Of a stretch of 64,000 nt of DNA, positions 29,101 through 40,030 are shown in pieces (the first letter of the stretch is position 1; every line of letters begins with the position of its first letter). A program made the translations under genes and the position numbers. The stretch is from positions 86,676,001-86,740,000 of the forward strand of contig NC_092345.1 of NCBI RefSeq assembly GCF_963676685.1, read 5' to 3'. The notes beneath the pieces were generated by a model. That model searched no databases. It had not been told where the DNA came from and saw only the letters and a list, made by a program, of their open reading frames with translations. Origin of the DNA: Mytilus edulis (Eukaryota).

Positions 29101-29821
29101 TTAATTACTGTGTCATTTGGTCTCTTGTGGAGAGTTGTCTCATAGGCAATTATACCACATATTCTTTTTTATATTCGTTGCAATTTGTTTTATAAAGAGG
29201 GACGATTTCTAAGTAGCACATGCTGTATATCTTGCTAAACATACTCCATGAGTACTATAGAACTGTCATTGTGTATATTAATTGATTTTTCAATTTCTGT
29301 TTGTGCCGTAGAGGTGTTATGATAATTAAAAGTATAAGTAGTTGTCAGATACCATACAATGTTGGTTCCTCAGACTTTTCTACAACATGAATAAAGTTGT
29401 TTTCTTTTGCAAACAAAAAAAAGAATTAAATTAAAAACTAAATAATTGGTCTACTGGTTTAAAAACTATAGTTATAATCATTCTTGTCTTTTAGGTTAAA
29501 TCTGAAATAAAGAAACACTGGCAAAGACACATGTTGCGAAGACAAAGTATGACATCAACGCGTTCAACACGGACATTTTCTGTACAGTCTTCTGGGTCAG
29601 GACATGAGCAAGAGTCACCAACTTACAAACGGCAGAACGGGTTATCACTCATTACTTGTAATAGTTTAGAAAAAGCCATTACAAATTACGATACAGAGAC
29701 AGAACTTTATCATAATAATAGTGAAGAAAACGATGGTCTTTATTTCAATTCATCTGTAAAATTAAAGGATGACAATGAAAATATGCCACTATTTTCTAGC
29801 GAAATAGCAACAGTTTTATGA
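2063..29821 (+). CDS. Class B1 (secretin family) GPCR, parathyroid hormone receptor-like; 13 coding exons, about 525 aa
   Basis: join(2063-2158,17679-17769,18470-18574,19305-19447,21742-21836,22870-23026,23614-23776,24995-25055,25461-25533,26717-26802,27739-27877,28157-28198,29495-29821) = 1578 nt. All introns are GT-AG, phases are compatible and there is no internal stop. Motifs: six-Cys hormone-binding ectodomain ([12 protein letters not shown]...CP...C...GTW...C), [19 protein letters not shown], GWxx[24 protein letters not shown]. Confidence 0.93.
6285..7080 (+). mobile_element. Degraded Penelope-like element (PLE): RT C-terminal fragment and tail
   Basis: Broken reading [47 protein letters not shown] resembles the KLYDKRDDF.F.IVNFP...PAYGVYISQLIR segment of PLE-type RTs. 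Boundaries approximate. Confidence 0.7.
9442..12449. mobile_element. Non-autonomous DNA transposon, about 3.0 kb, CACTG...CAGTG termini, ~375-400-bp TIRs (CACTA/CMC- or Transib-like)
   Basis: 9442-~9816 is the near-perfect reverse complement of ~12053-12449. Arrays of GATGACCGTAA occur in opposite orientation at the two ends. Both sides are flanked by ATATA. No transposase ORF. Confidence 0.9.
11578..11827 (+). mobile_element. Small Helentron/HINE-like (DINE/Pearl-type) insertion nested in the CACTG element
   Basis: GTCY-type microsatellite (gttcgtccgttcgtctgtttgtttgtccgt) followed by aacttgaaactt and a short 3' stem; layout matches this class. Family assignment is inference. Confidence 0.5.
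13038..13420 (+). repeat. Interspersed repeat family A (ataaaggcaa.agtagtataccgctg...)
   Basis: High similarity to 31272-31840; partial copies at ~5660-5800, ~24590-24740 and inverted at 42905-43000. Confidence 0.85.
17679..17769 (+). CDS. GPCR exon 2 (ectodomain helix, [30 protein letters not shown])
   Basis: tattacag| acceptor and G|GTAAAT donor; carries the first ectodomain Cys. Confidence 0.88.
18470..18574 (+). CDS. GPCR exon 3 ([35 protein letters not shown])
   Basis: Class B ectodomain signature CxxxFDGxxCWP...CP; canonical splice sites, phase 1-1. Confidence 0.95.
19305..19447 (+). CDS. GPCR exon 4 ([17 protein letters not shown]...FADFAGC...ELIK)
   Basis: CxxxGxW ectodomain motif; ttttacag| acceptor and AAG|GTATA donor. 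Confidence 0.93.
21742..21836 (+). CDS. GPCR exon 5 (TM1, [23 protein letters not shown])
   Basis: Class B TM1 motif YxxGYxxSL; AG/GT boundaries. Confidence 0.93.
21915..22055 (+). repeat. Interspersed repeat family B (aagatgtggtatgatt.ccaat..gacaact..ccacaagagacc)
   Basis: Related copies at 29075-29172(-), 55270-55435(-), 56258-56600(+), 56660-56730(-) and ~60950-61130(-). Confidence 0.8.
22870..23026 (+). CDS. GPCR exon 6 (ICL1-TM2-ECL1)
   Basis: [21 protein letters not shown] motif; donor GCT|GTAAGC. Confidence 0.95.
23098..23318 (+). repeat. Interspersed repeat family C (aaatactgaactccgagg..aattcaa.cggaaagtcc)
   Basis: Related copies at 45240-45430(+), 46030-46220(-), 55770-56090(+), ~51970-52170(-) and ~5090-5230(-). 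Confidence 0.8.
23614..23776 (+). CDS. GPCR exon 7 (TM3-TM4)
   Basis: WCK...[17 protein letters not shown]...LGW; ttttcag| acceptor and G|GTAAGT donor. Confidence 0.95.
24995..25055 (+). CDS. GPCR exon 8 (TM4-ECL2)
   Basis: [21 protein letters not shown]; tttcag| acceptor and |GTAAGT donor. Confidence 0.93.
25461..25533 (+). CDS. GPCR exon 9 (ECL2-TM5)
   Basis: [24 protein letters not shown]; tttacag| acceptor and |GTGAGT donor. Confidence 0.94.
25864..26510 (-). mobile_element. Two tandem copies of a PLE-tail-related repeat (aaagagggacgaaagataccagagggacagtc...)
   Basis: 25864-26215 and 26345-26510 share about 165 bp. The distal part of the first copy is the reverse complement of the tail after the RT fragment at ~6770-6840. 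Other copies at ~9125-9170, 22265-22420 and 43070-43220. Confidence 0.75.
26717..26802 (+). CDS. GPCR exon 10 (TM5-ICL3)
   Basis: [17 protein letters not shown] motif; tttcag| acceptor and AG|GTATA donor. Confidence 0.94.
26905..27356. mobile_element. 452-bp MITE with 19-bp TIRs and TA target duplication
   Basis: ta|GGTGTCACACCACCAATTA ... TAATTGGTGGTCTGACACC|ta, with one mismatch between the TIRs. Confidence 0.85.
27739..27877 (+). CDS. GPCR exon 11 (TM6-ECL3-TM7)
   Basis: [17 protein letters not shown]...FFSSFQ; canonical splice sites. Confidence 0.96.
28157..28198 (+). CDS. GPCR exon 12 (42-nt TM7 exon, [14 protein letters not shown])
   Basis: The 14-codon TM7 mini-exon typical of class B1 genes; ttacag| acceptor and GAG|GTGAGT donor. 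Confidence 0.93.
28478..28797 (-). mobile_element. PLE pseudo-LTR-like repeat carrying a mutated minimal hammerhead ribozyme (28503-28546)
   Basis: The minus strand reads GGCGTCA-CCGATGA-GTCTTATGAAGAC-GAAAC-ACGA-GTC-TGGCG, a type I hammerhead layout with CUGA changed to CCGA. Confidence 0.75.
29495..29821 (+). CDS. GPCR exon 13 (helix 8 and Ser/Thr-rich C-tail)
   Basis: cttttag| acceptor, then [11 protein letters not shown] running into ORF 29531-29821, ending TGA. Confidence 0.92.
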   Translation, partial: VKSEIKKHWQRHMLRRQSMTSTRSTRTFSVQSSGSGHEQESPTYKRQNGLSLITCNSLEKAITNYDTETELYHNNSEENDGLYFNSSVKLKDDNENMPLFSSEIATVL

Positions 29822-31271
29822 GAATCAAAATCAACTTGAACATTATTATTTCCAATTAACAACTTTGTTTATTTACAGTGTTATGAAGAGTTGGCAGATT
29901 ATGAAATCACTCAGCGTACCATTTGAATTGTATTTTTTAGTGTAATCTTAAAATGCTTTGACTGTAATGTAATTTCATAAGTATCCAATGCTTATCTTAG
30001 ACGACTTTGAAATCATCGAGGAAATACAAAAGTGTTTATGTCTAATCTGTACTTAAAGTTTCATGTATTCGTTTATTCATTTGTTTGACTATAGTTGTAT
30101 AGACACATGTATTTGGATGTATATTTATCATTTTATGTATATATATACATATTCTTTATGTATATGAATTTGTTTGTTTTGATACAAAATATAAATACAA
30201 TTTTAAAATGATAATGAAACTGCTAGTTAGGTGATATAACCAGTATTTATTCATTGTCGCATGTTTTTTTTTGGCACCACATCACAAAAAAATATTAAGA
30301 TACAAAGTATGTCTTGCTTGTCAGATTGTGGCGTTCAAACTGAATTGTTATCTCAAGCACTTAATCAGAAATGTCGTTGTCTCTATTAGACATCTAGTAA
30401 ATTCATTAAAGATAAATCAGAAAAATAACATTTTTGTTTCTATACACCGTTTTTTCACAAGAAGTAACAGTTTTCCAGTATCCATAATCTTTAACATATC
30501 ACACTTCAATCAATTAAACACAGATACACCCTCAGCTTCTAAGATCATCTCCGGTTTTGTTTAGTTCTCACTGACTTATATAATAATTTTTATTCATAAC
30601 ATATGATTTCGAACCCCTTCTACTATCCTTCTCTATAGCGTGTTTACTAGTTTGATTTACAATGACAATATTTTTAGAAAACAAGATATTATAGAAAGTA
30701 TCTAAAAAATAATATAAAGGGAACCCACGGAACCCTGCAACTCGCTTGCGATTGCTATTGTCAGTGTAAAAGTGTTGCCAATAGCGTAAAAAGTGACTCG
30801 GTTTAATACGTAAAATATTTTAAAAAAATCAGTTGTTTTATTTAATTGCTTTCTCTAAATATTAGATTCAGATTAATTAACAATCCATGAAGGTTTACAA
30901 ATTGATACATACGGTATGTAAATATTAACTGTCAATACTGAAAAGGGACCACGATATACATTTTAAAATGTTTTATCTCGTTATAAAATCATCAAAAAAT
31001 CGGTCCCTCATTTCAGAATATTCCATAACGGTTCCTTCTATCAGAAAAAAACATAACAATGGCTAAACAAATATTGTTATAAAAAGTATATCACAATTAC
31101 CAAAATCCAAAGATTATTTTTAAAGTTCATAAAAAAACTGACATAAATTTGTATTTAAGCTTTCCTTTGAACATAATAAGGTTCTCTCCAATTAACGTGC
31201 GATTAAAAAAAAGTTATACATGAAAACATTATACTGCATCTAAATTTTAAGTCCATACATATATCATATAA

Positions 31272-32225
31272 ATAAAGGCAACAGTAGTTTACCGCTGATG
31301 AAAACTCGTTAATCGATGGACAAAAAACAAAATCGGGGTAACACACTAAAACTGAGGGAAACGCATTAGATATAAGAGGAGAACAACGACACAACATTAA
31401 AATGTAACACACACAGAAACGAACTAAGCATAAGACAAAATCTAATGAGAATAACAAATATAACATCAAAACCAAATAAATGAATTTGGGATAGAAAAAC
31501 ACCGTGACATGTCTTATAGTAATTTGAATTCACACTCAAATATAAGAGAAAACAAACGACACAACGGAAACACAACGTTAAAATGTAACACACACAGAAA
31601 CGAACTATAATATAACAATGGCCATATTCCTGACTTGGTACAGGACATTTTTAAAGAAAAGAATGGTGGGTTGATACTGGTTTCGTGGAATGCCAAACCT
31701 CCCGCTTTAATGGAAATGTTGAATATAACATTAAAATGACAACATTACAGGACTACAATACAAATAAATAGGAGAACATATTAGACAAAGAAACACATGA
31801 ATATAAGCTAACAAAAGGCACCAGGTTTAAAATTCAATACGCCAGAAGCGCTCCTCGTCCACACAAGACTTACCAGTGACGCCAATATATAAAAGTTCGA
31901 AAGTCAAAACAAGTACAAAGTTGTACAGCACTGAGGATCAAAAGTTCCAAAAGGTTGTGCCAAATACGGCTAGGGTTTTCTGCTTGGGATAAGAACATCC
32001 TTATTATTTAGAACAATGTATGATGAATTGCAAACAGTAAATTTTATCAAATGAATATAAAAGATATACATGATAAAACTGAAGTATTTAATAATTACAG
32101 AAAACAAAACCCGGATACACTACATAAGACAACACAAAAAATACACATCCAACTTAGTCAAGGACTCAACGCAAAAAGTGAAAACAAGTGACGTCACATA
32201 CGAGTGGTGAAAAGGCACAAAAATG
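31272..32225 (+). mobile_element. Long copy of repeat family A joined to a degenerate hammerhead-bearing pseudo-LTR-like segment
   Basis: Shares sequence with 13038-13420, has an internal duplication (31375-31425 and 31545-31606), and continues into aatacgccaga...gacttaccagtgacgcc, related to 28478-28797. Confidence 0.75.
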
Positions 32226-32284
32226 ACGTCACATTTGAAATACGGAAAACTGAAAACACATATATGTCTAAAAAAAACTTTTAC

Positions 32285-32396
32285 CACAGGTGCAAATGTT
32301 GAAATGTTGCTACATAGAGATGGAAAGTTCGCAACTTGGAAGCTGAAATCTACTCTTTTCGCAAAGTTTTGTTTTCAACCGACCCTCATTGTCAAT
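32285..32396 (-). mobile_element. Short PLE RT fragment
   Basis: Reverse complement reads IDNEGRLKTKL...F.FQVANFPSLCSNI, homologous to ~6495-6590. Confidence 0.65.
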
Positions 32397-35300
32397 AAAT
32401 TACTCTTTCATGGAACAGTTATCCAAAAGGCAAATAATATCATTAAACGACAATACGCAACAACAACAAAAATCTATTAACGATTTGAGTAGTTTAAGTA
32501 AAGGGAGGAGTTTGATAAGAGCCATTATTTTGATTTTGATGGATAAAATTTCCCTTTTGAATAAATCGGCAATCATATAACATATCTCATCATCTTGTAC
32601 AAGCATGACAACTAGAGCGTGGACATGAATAAATGTCATATAACATCAAGTAAATATGATGTGTTGCTTCGAACTTAAATACCAATTATTATAAAGCACG
32701 TATAACTAAGAAAAACAGTTTCGTCTACATAAAACTCATCAGTGATTCTTGAATCAAAACAGTTAGAATTCCAAAATCAAATACGAAATTAAAGAGGATT
32801 TAACACAAAAAAACAAATTCGACATTCAAAAACAATTATACCAAAAAATGCTTAGGCAATCTATATCTCATAGTCTAAAATATATATATGGTGAAGTTGA
32901 CATATTTGTGATGAAATGACAAAGGAATAGGTTCGATAAGGCTCTAAATGAACCCTTTATTTAGCTTAGATTTAAAAGTAAGATGTGCTGACAATATTAC
33001 AATTAATCATAGCTGATACAATGACTACATAGGTAATACGTGTATTTCTTGACAATTTACGATACTTATTTACGATTTATTCATGACGTCACAATAAGTA
33101 TTCGTTTTGATTTTTCACGAAAAAAAGAATGAAAATGGCTAAATTTTCATTGATAATTGGACAGGAAATATAGAACGCATACGTCGACAAAAACATCTTT
33201 TTTTGTCGCAGTATAGCTATTAATTGAGTACATGTATCTTCAAAGTCAGTTTATTAGAAGAATTAAATTTATTTTGGCAATTATATAATACATTTAATAT
33301 TCTGCTTTTTTTTTATCAATGAATCACAACCGAGAGACCACTATAGCAAGTTTAGGTTTCATCAAAACGCTAAAGGCTACACATGACGAGATAATTTCAC
33401 ACATGAACCAACAATAACAGTTAGAATGATGCACTATGTGAATTTTTTTTTGACAAAAGCTTTGTAACATACGTAACAGAAAAAAGTAATTGAAATCACA
33501 ATCTGATTAGGATTTACTTATAAGTTGTAAGGAAGTCATATATTATTGCAATACATTTTTTTTATTGTATGATCAATCTTTTGCGATATAGATATAAAAC
33601 ATTGGTATTAATTAGAGACAACTGTTATTTACAAAATATTGAGCGAAAACAAATATGACAAACATTTGATTGAATAAAAGTTCATCTTATTTTAGCAAAC
33701 TTGTTTGAAAACGAAATAGAAATTAATAAAAGGTAAGCAAAACTACCATTTATCGATTACCGGTTTGACGCGAATACTTCACGAAAGTCCTTAAATATTC
33801 TTTCCAATTTAAGTCCGTGTTGATCACAGAGAGTAAATATAAAACAATGATTCCCCTCTAAATATTTAAAGATCCTTAAATTGTATTGATAACCTGAATA
33901 ACACAGAACATATTCAATGTTCGTTCCTTTATGAGTTCCTATGATCTAATATAAAAAGGTTGGAAAGATCAACTGAATAATCAGAATCCATCAAATAAGA
34001 CTTTAAGAACAGTGTTGTTAATTAACTTATGAGAGAAACCTAGATCAACAATCGAGATTTCTAAACATTTGAGTCTTTTGTAGACTTTTATGTTTGTGAA
34101 CATGTCTGTGCTTGTTATTAATTAGAAATAAACCCAATGTCAGGTTTACCATAAGATCAGACTTTCTGATATTTCTATACGAATGCACATTTGATATAGC
34201 ACCTTCTAAAAATAAATAGTTTTACAAAGACAAAATAATTAATTTTTTAATTACAGGTAAAACATAATAAATAGAACGAAAGTTGCAATGCTAGACAAAC
34301 AAAACACGAATATTTTTCAAGAGTACTTTACTGTTTCAAATTGTATTTGTATCATCGTGCGTTGACAGATTAACTATAAAGATTTCATAATGATGTTTTA
34401 ATATTCTGTTACAAGCTAATTCTACTTGACATTCAAAAATGTGTATAAAAGTAGGCATAGGATCATTCTTTTAGCATCTGTATCACAGCAAATGTATTTA
34501 CTGCATGTTGTAGGTTTAAAATGTTGATAAGTCATAAGAACATACATGTCATATCAGACAGCTTTGTAGATATATTAATCATGTATAAAGGGCGTAATGT
34601 TATTTCTGAGATAACTTATTCCATTTGAATAAAATTTTTAAAATGTTGTACTTTTCATTGTGGCACAAAAGCGACGTTGATTAAAAGTTTCGTGCTTTTG
34701 TTTCGTGTTTTACTGTGTAGATAACAGTTTTTCCTCAATTCTTACATTTCTTATTTATAGTTTATCTCAACCTTCTTAGCTGTTTTATTTTAAGCTCCTG
34801 GACATCACATATATTTGGCTCTCCAAACTTTTCATTTCAACTGCATGTATAAAGTAGCTTTATTTTGTTATCACTGGGTTTGATACTTCATATGTTTGAC
34901 TGTAATTCCTCGACACCGCAAAACCAACGTTAAGAAATCTGTATAGGTGTAGTACCACCAAACCATGATACGCCACAGCCAGTTAATTGTATACGAAAAT
35001 AGGTTGGAAAAAATATTTCCTTGTTTCATAAGCATATGTCTTCGGTATTTCAAAAGCAACATTATTAATTTTTTTTTTGGGGGGGGGGTGGGTTATAGAA
35101 TATTTTGTAAACTTGAGGTTACATGGTTACTAAAGCTTGTACATAGGTTAAATAAGGGGAGAAACTTGATTGGTTAACTTCCAGTGATGGATATTTTCTT
35201 ATATGCATTGAAATGTTATGTGAATTTTTTTCAATAGTACTGGACAGGATAAAACTTTACTCATGCCAAGTATTTCCTTATTTGAAACAAAGATAAATTC

Positions 35301-35769
35301 TGCACAAGTTTTTGAAAAGTGCAAATTTAACAAAGAATCATATGGGAAAATCAATGGTGGTATTACATCTATAACGTTTACTGGTCTAATTCCAATCATT
35401 AATACATTAATATTGCACATCAAAAAATTATATGAAGATTTCAACTTCAAATTGTTTTTATTGTAATAATCATGTATTCACTTCCAAGTCTTTTTGTATG
35501 GCTGATGTTCAGTATTCCATAATCATAATGCAATGTTTATACAAGTATTCTTATACATGATCTCAGTATGTTCAAGACTTTTGAATGATCTAACTTTCCA
35601 AAATCATATTACAAAACTAAATGTGTCGGAACGATACGATTGGAACCGTCTCAAAAAGTTGAAAAATCTGCAATTTCATCAAATCATGGGGACACAAACA
35701 TGCATGGATAGTATCCAGCTCTCAAGACCAATACTTATTTGATGAAACATTTCTTTAATCAATGAGTAG

Positions 35770-36520
35770 TTTAATTTCAAACTTTCAGCAAACAGGAAAA
35801 GGATGTACTGAAGATCTAACAAGTTGTGTTGAAAAGGTTGAAAATCAGCATAGCAGAACGAAACATAAACTTTATCTGTAACTCAACATGGTAGACTCAT
35901 ATGTATCATGTATATAAAAAAAAAATAAGTGCAAAATCTGAAGGTATATAGAAAAAAAGTCTGTGTCATATGTTTGGCAAAACTTTTAGGAATTTTTGGT
36001 CCTCAATGATTTTCAACTTCGTACTTTATTTGGCCTTTTTAAAAAAAAATATTCGAGCGTCACTGACGAGTCTTTTGTAGACGAAACGCGCATCTGGCGG
36101 AAATATATAATTTCAATCCGGGTATCTATGATGAGTTTATTTACTGTGATTTTCAACAGTTTTCAAATTCCAAAAACAGTGATTTCGACAACAAATCATC
36201 ATAGCCAAACGAAATTTACATTTGATCAGTAACTCATTATGGTAGACTCACATACCAAAAAAAAAAACAGCCCAATATCTGAAGGCTTTTAGAAAAAAAG
36301 TCCATCTAACTGTAAGTTAAATCAATTTAACTAAGTCAAAAGCCCGTAATTTTGGCAAAACTTATTAGAGCGGAACGAAACTTAAACTTGATCTTTAACT
36401 CATCATGGTTAACTAACATACCCATAATCAGCTCAATATATTAAGGCGTTTAGTAAAAAAAAGTCCGTAAGACTGCAATTTTCAACAATTCATCAAAGTT
36501 CAAAGCCAATAATTGTGGCA
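35770..36520 (+). repeat. Degenerate tandem array of ~170-bp units interrupted by the hammerhead-bearing repeat
   Basis: gaacgaaac.taaactt.atct.taactca.catggt recurs at ~35856, ~36208 and ~36373. Confidence 0.7.
36056..36099 (+). ncRNA. Minimal type I hammerhead ribozyme motif within a PLE-derived repeat (~35965-36145)
   Basis: CGTCA-CTGACGA-GTC(TTTTGTA)GAC-GAAA-CGCGC-ATC-TGGCG. Stem I is CGTCA/TGGCG, the CUGANGA and GAAA cores are intact, stem II is 3 bp, and stem III is a near-palindromic mini-stem with one mismatch. Confidence 0.75.
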
Positions 36521-36556
36521 ATAGTATGTCACTTGTAAAATATCAAAACTTTTTAT

Positions 36557-37268
36557 TCATTCGATGATCCTGTGGCATTTCGCACTTATGAAAATAATAA
36601 AACTGGGATTAAGTGAAGCAGACAATATCCAGACACTTTTAGAATGCCAAAAATTCAAGTTTAGGCGTTTAACAAAATGCCTGTCAACCTTTGATAGATA
36701 AATAAAAGGTCATTGTAGTAACTTATACTGTTGTAAACCTCTAAGTGATTAAAAAAATGAAGAATTAAAGAATTGAGTAAATATATTATAACTAAAATTT
36801 CCTAAAAAAATCAATTATAACTAGTATAATTTGTACGTGACATAAAAGATTTGATATCCATGGCGCAAAATATCAAGAAACATGTTTGAAAGGAGAGGTC
36901 GTGATTTAACGTGATACTTTCTTCTCAGTCGTTCATGCTTTTAAACCCGTGTAAAAGTCCATGTTACTAGCGGAGCATACAATCTAATCAGGCAGTGCGA
37001 TTAAATGCTCCAGCTTAAAAATAACTAGGATACCACTGGCTCTTGACATTAAAAAACACCATACTTTAAACAAAAAGGTGTGAAGAAGCTGTCTGAAGCA
37101 AGTCTGAAAAATTTAAGAGCAGCCTGAAGCTTTTAAGCCGAAGCTAAAAATATTTGAGAGTGACCAAGTGGCACTTAAAATTATTAGCGATTGTTATAAG
37201 CAACTATAAAAAAAAACAAAAGCATTCTGGAGCAACTGTCAAATTCATGTTAACATGGAGCACCTTGA
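36557..37268 (+). pseudogene. Decayed death-fold-like coding sequence, copy A
   Basis: Fragments DDPVAFRT / KLGLSEADNIQTLLECQKFKFRRLTKCLSTF / DLISMAQNIKKH / ESDQVALKIISDCYK / ILEQLSNSC*HGAP* with frameshifts and stops; colinear with copy B. Confidence 0.45.
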
Positions 37269-37423
37269 ATAATTTCCAAAGTACGCAGTGTTGGCGACTT
37301 TTTAAGTCATTTTCTTAAAAATGTATCGTACGGATTTGTACGGAAGAAATAAAATATCATTGGCAATCATACCCTAATTTTTTTTTATATCAAAGTTCTA
37401 ATAAGAAAGTTAGGATTTATATA

Positions 37424-38663
37424 TGTTACACTCAGAAACGTGTCCCCCAAACGTGTCCCCCAAACGTGTCCGATTCCCCCAATCGTGTCCACATGACGTC
37501 ACTGAACTGCAAAAACATGTCTAGTTGTCAATGGGCGCCAAAGCGTGTCATTTGTGTAAACGCCCAAACGTGTCCATATCAAGCTTTTTATTTTATTGGA
37601 ACTATCATTCGTGTTCATATTATATAAACGTAGGTTATTTGTGGCTATTGGTTTTTTTTTTAAATTATTATTGTATACTTATTTTACGATTTTTACTATT
37701 TCATTAAAAGATGAAATAAATTAGTTAAATTCTTTTTCTCTGCGCATTAAAATCTGTATAGCATTTCATTCTTTATAATGTGCCATAAGTTGTATTTTGA
37801 AAGGCAATTTTTTTTTAAATTTCCGCAACTTTTATTTAAAACGGCCTCTATATTACATAACATACATTGAAGTAGTTTGACTTTCTTACTGAAGTCATAA
37901 ACAAATTGGTCTTTATTCGCATTTATTTTTTTGGATTAAAATCCTAACAAGTGGTAATCCCAAATAACCGTAAAAATTAAGGCTCAATTTTAAATTCCGG
38001 GTATGAAAATATCGTTAATATGATGTCGTTCAAATAACGAATGAAATATTTGGTACTGGACGTTATGTCTCTTGTTCGTGTGTCTTTAGTGATACTCCTA
38101 TCTTAAAATTTATCAAAAATCAGAACTGTTAAAAAAAGAAAGTAGGTCCTGCAATACAACTGAAAGCACGCCGTGCAATATTCTGATTAATATAAAAGGC
38201 ATTATCGGAGTTTATTAGTAAAAAATAATTTACATGGTAATCGATCAATTCAACTGTACTAAAATTATTTGTATGTTCACTCTAACCTAAATGAGCATGA
38301 AATACTTGCAACTGGACAATAAGCAAATTCAGTCAAAAGTTAATTCATGTTACATATTAAATTTTTAGTAATGATAATCATTAACAACCAGCATTGAACA
38401 AACTAACTAATAAATGACCACTTCATCAACTGTGTCCCGCGTCATAGAATACCCGTGAACGTTATTGATGTCGCTTTTAGGACATGTATTAGCGCTAAAA
38501 GACGCGAAACGTTCTGGCGAATAACAATTATCGGACACGTTTGGGGTAATGAAATCGGAAACGTTTGGGGAATATTAAATATCACGGACACGTTTGGGGA
38601 GAATAGACACGTTTGGGGGAATCGGACACGTTTGGGAGGAAGGACACGTTTGGGAGTGTTATA
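37424..38663. mobile_element. 1.24-kb non-autonomous TIR element with TGT terminus and TATA flanks (Ginger-like)
   Basis: tata|TGTTACACTC...GAGTGTTATA|tata. Arrays of AAACGTGTCC on the left and GGACACGTTT on the right. Absent from duplication unit B. Confidence 0.85.
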
Positions 38664-40030
38664 TATATACTAGTATGTTCTAGTCGTATTGTTGGAAATC
38701 AACTCATAATTTAAGCCATGTGTTCCAACGAGCAGTGCACTATATTATGCGCACACGGTTTTTTTTCAAAAACACATAAGCACTTCTTATTGTGTTCAAG
38801 TCGTACATTGTTAAATGATTACTGTAGTTCTAGTTTAAAACAGAAGAACTTATAAATCCTGGGAATTTAAACCTGTCATAGCAACGTTTGTATATTTGTT
38901 TTGAATTGATGTTTCATTGAAAAGTGCACTGTGCAGTTAATGATTGTGTTATCATGCAGTATCTGATATTTAAAATGTTTTTACCGAGTTAAACATCAGC
39001 ATGTCCTTCTAACGATTCCGATTTCTGAGGTGAAGTGCATAATCCTCACTTATATCGTCCTTATCAAAGAACATCTTGAAAAACATATTTATAATACAAG
39101 TTTTTTATTCTATATTTTTAGTTAAGTAATTTCACAAGTTTTTAATTTTTCATACATATAAATTATATCTAGATGCAATCATATGAATTAGGGCGCGAAT
39201 CCTACAAAAGATAACCTAGTTCTAATGAATCAAAACTGTGTTATTGTTGATGTCTCGATTGTGACAAACTTTAAAGACATTTACAAGAAAAAGAAAAAAA
39301 AATTCATCAAATATACCAGGCTTAATATTTTGTACGCAATTCGCGCGTTTGGTCGACACAAGACTTATCAGTGGGGTTTTAAAAAAAAAACAAACAAATA
39401 AAGTACACAGTCGAAGATAATTTACGACCCAAGTTCCGGAAGGTTTTGTTACTTAACTTATTTTGTATGGGTCTATTAAGATGGCATTCCCGTTGAAGAG
39501 CTATATGACAAAAAAAAAAACTAAAAACAAATAGCCAAATTCATCTAAAGTCAAGTTTGCCAGAGGAAGCTTACAACTTAGTTTCTTAATAATTCCAAAA
39601 TTTATAAACGGACAATTTTAGAAAAGTTTGTTAAATCATGTCTGAAGTATAAATCATTGCAACATTGTATGGAAAACAAATAAAATCAATATTTCAACTT
39701 ATCAACTTTGAATTGTAATAAAATTATATAATTAATCTTGAATCTGCTTCCACGACTTTTCGTATGATATTGATTATTAAAAAAAAGATAGTGGACTGTT
39801 TATACATAATTCGTTTACATGGTATCAGCATTTTTAAGGCTTTTGATAAGGATTACATAATTTATAACAGCACATTCCACACTCAATGACAAAACAATAC
39901 TTGAAGTATTAGATTACGAAAATGTGAGAATAATCCAACATTAATGGCCAGAATTTACTATTATAGAGATTAATCATTACCATTTTCATATTAAAGTGGT
40001 ATGTAACTAGCAAAATAAAAAAAAAAGTTT

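Noticed and set aside
30718-31167. Possible additional Kolobok-like MITE
   Set aside because: TIR and TSD matches are too short and decayed to delimit.
37438-38655. CRISPR-like short repeats (AAACGTGTCC / GGACACGTTT)
   Set aside because: Spacers are only a few bases and irregular, the two arrays are inverted, and they lie within transposon TIRs in a eukaryotic context with no cas genes.
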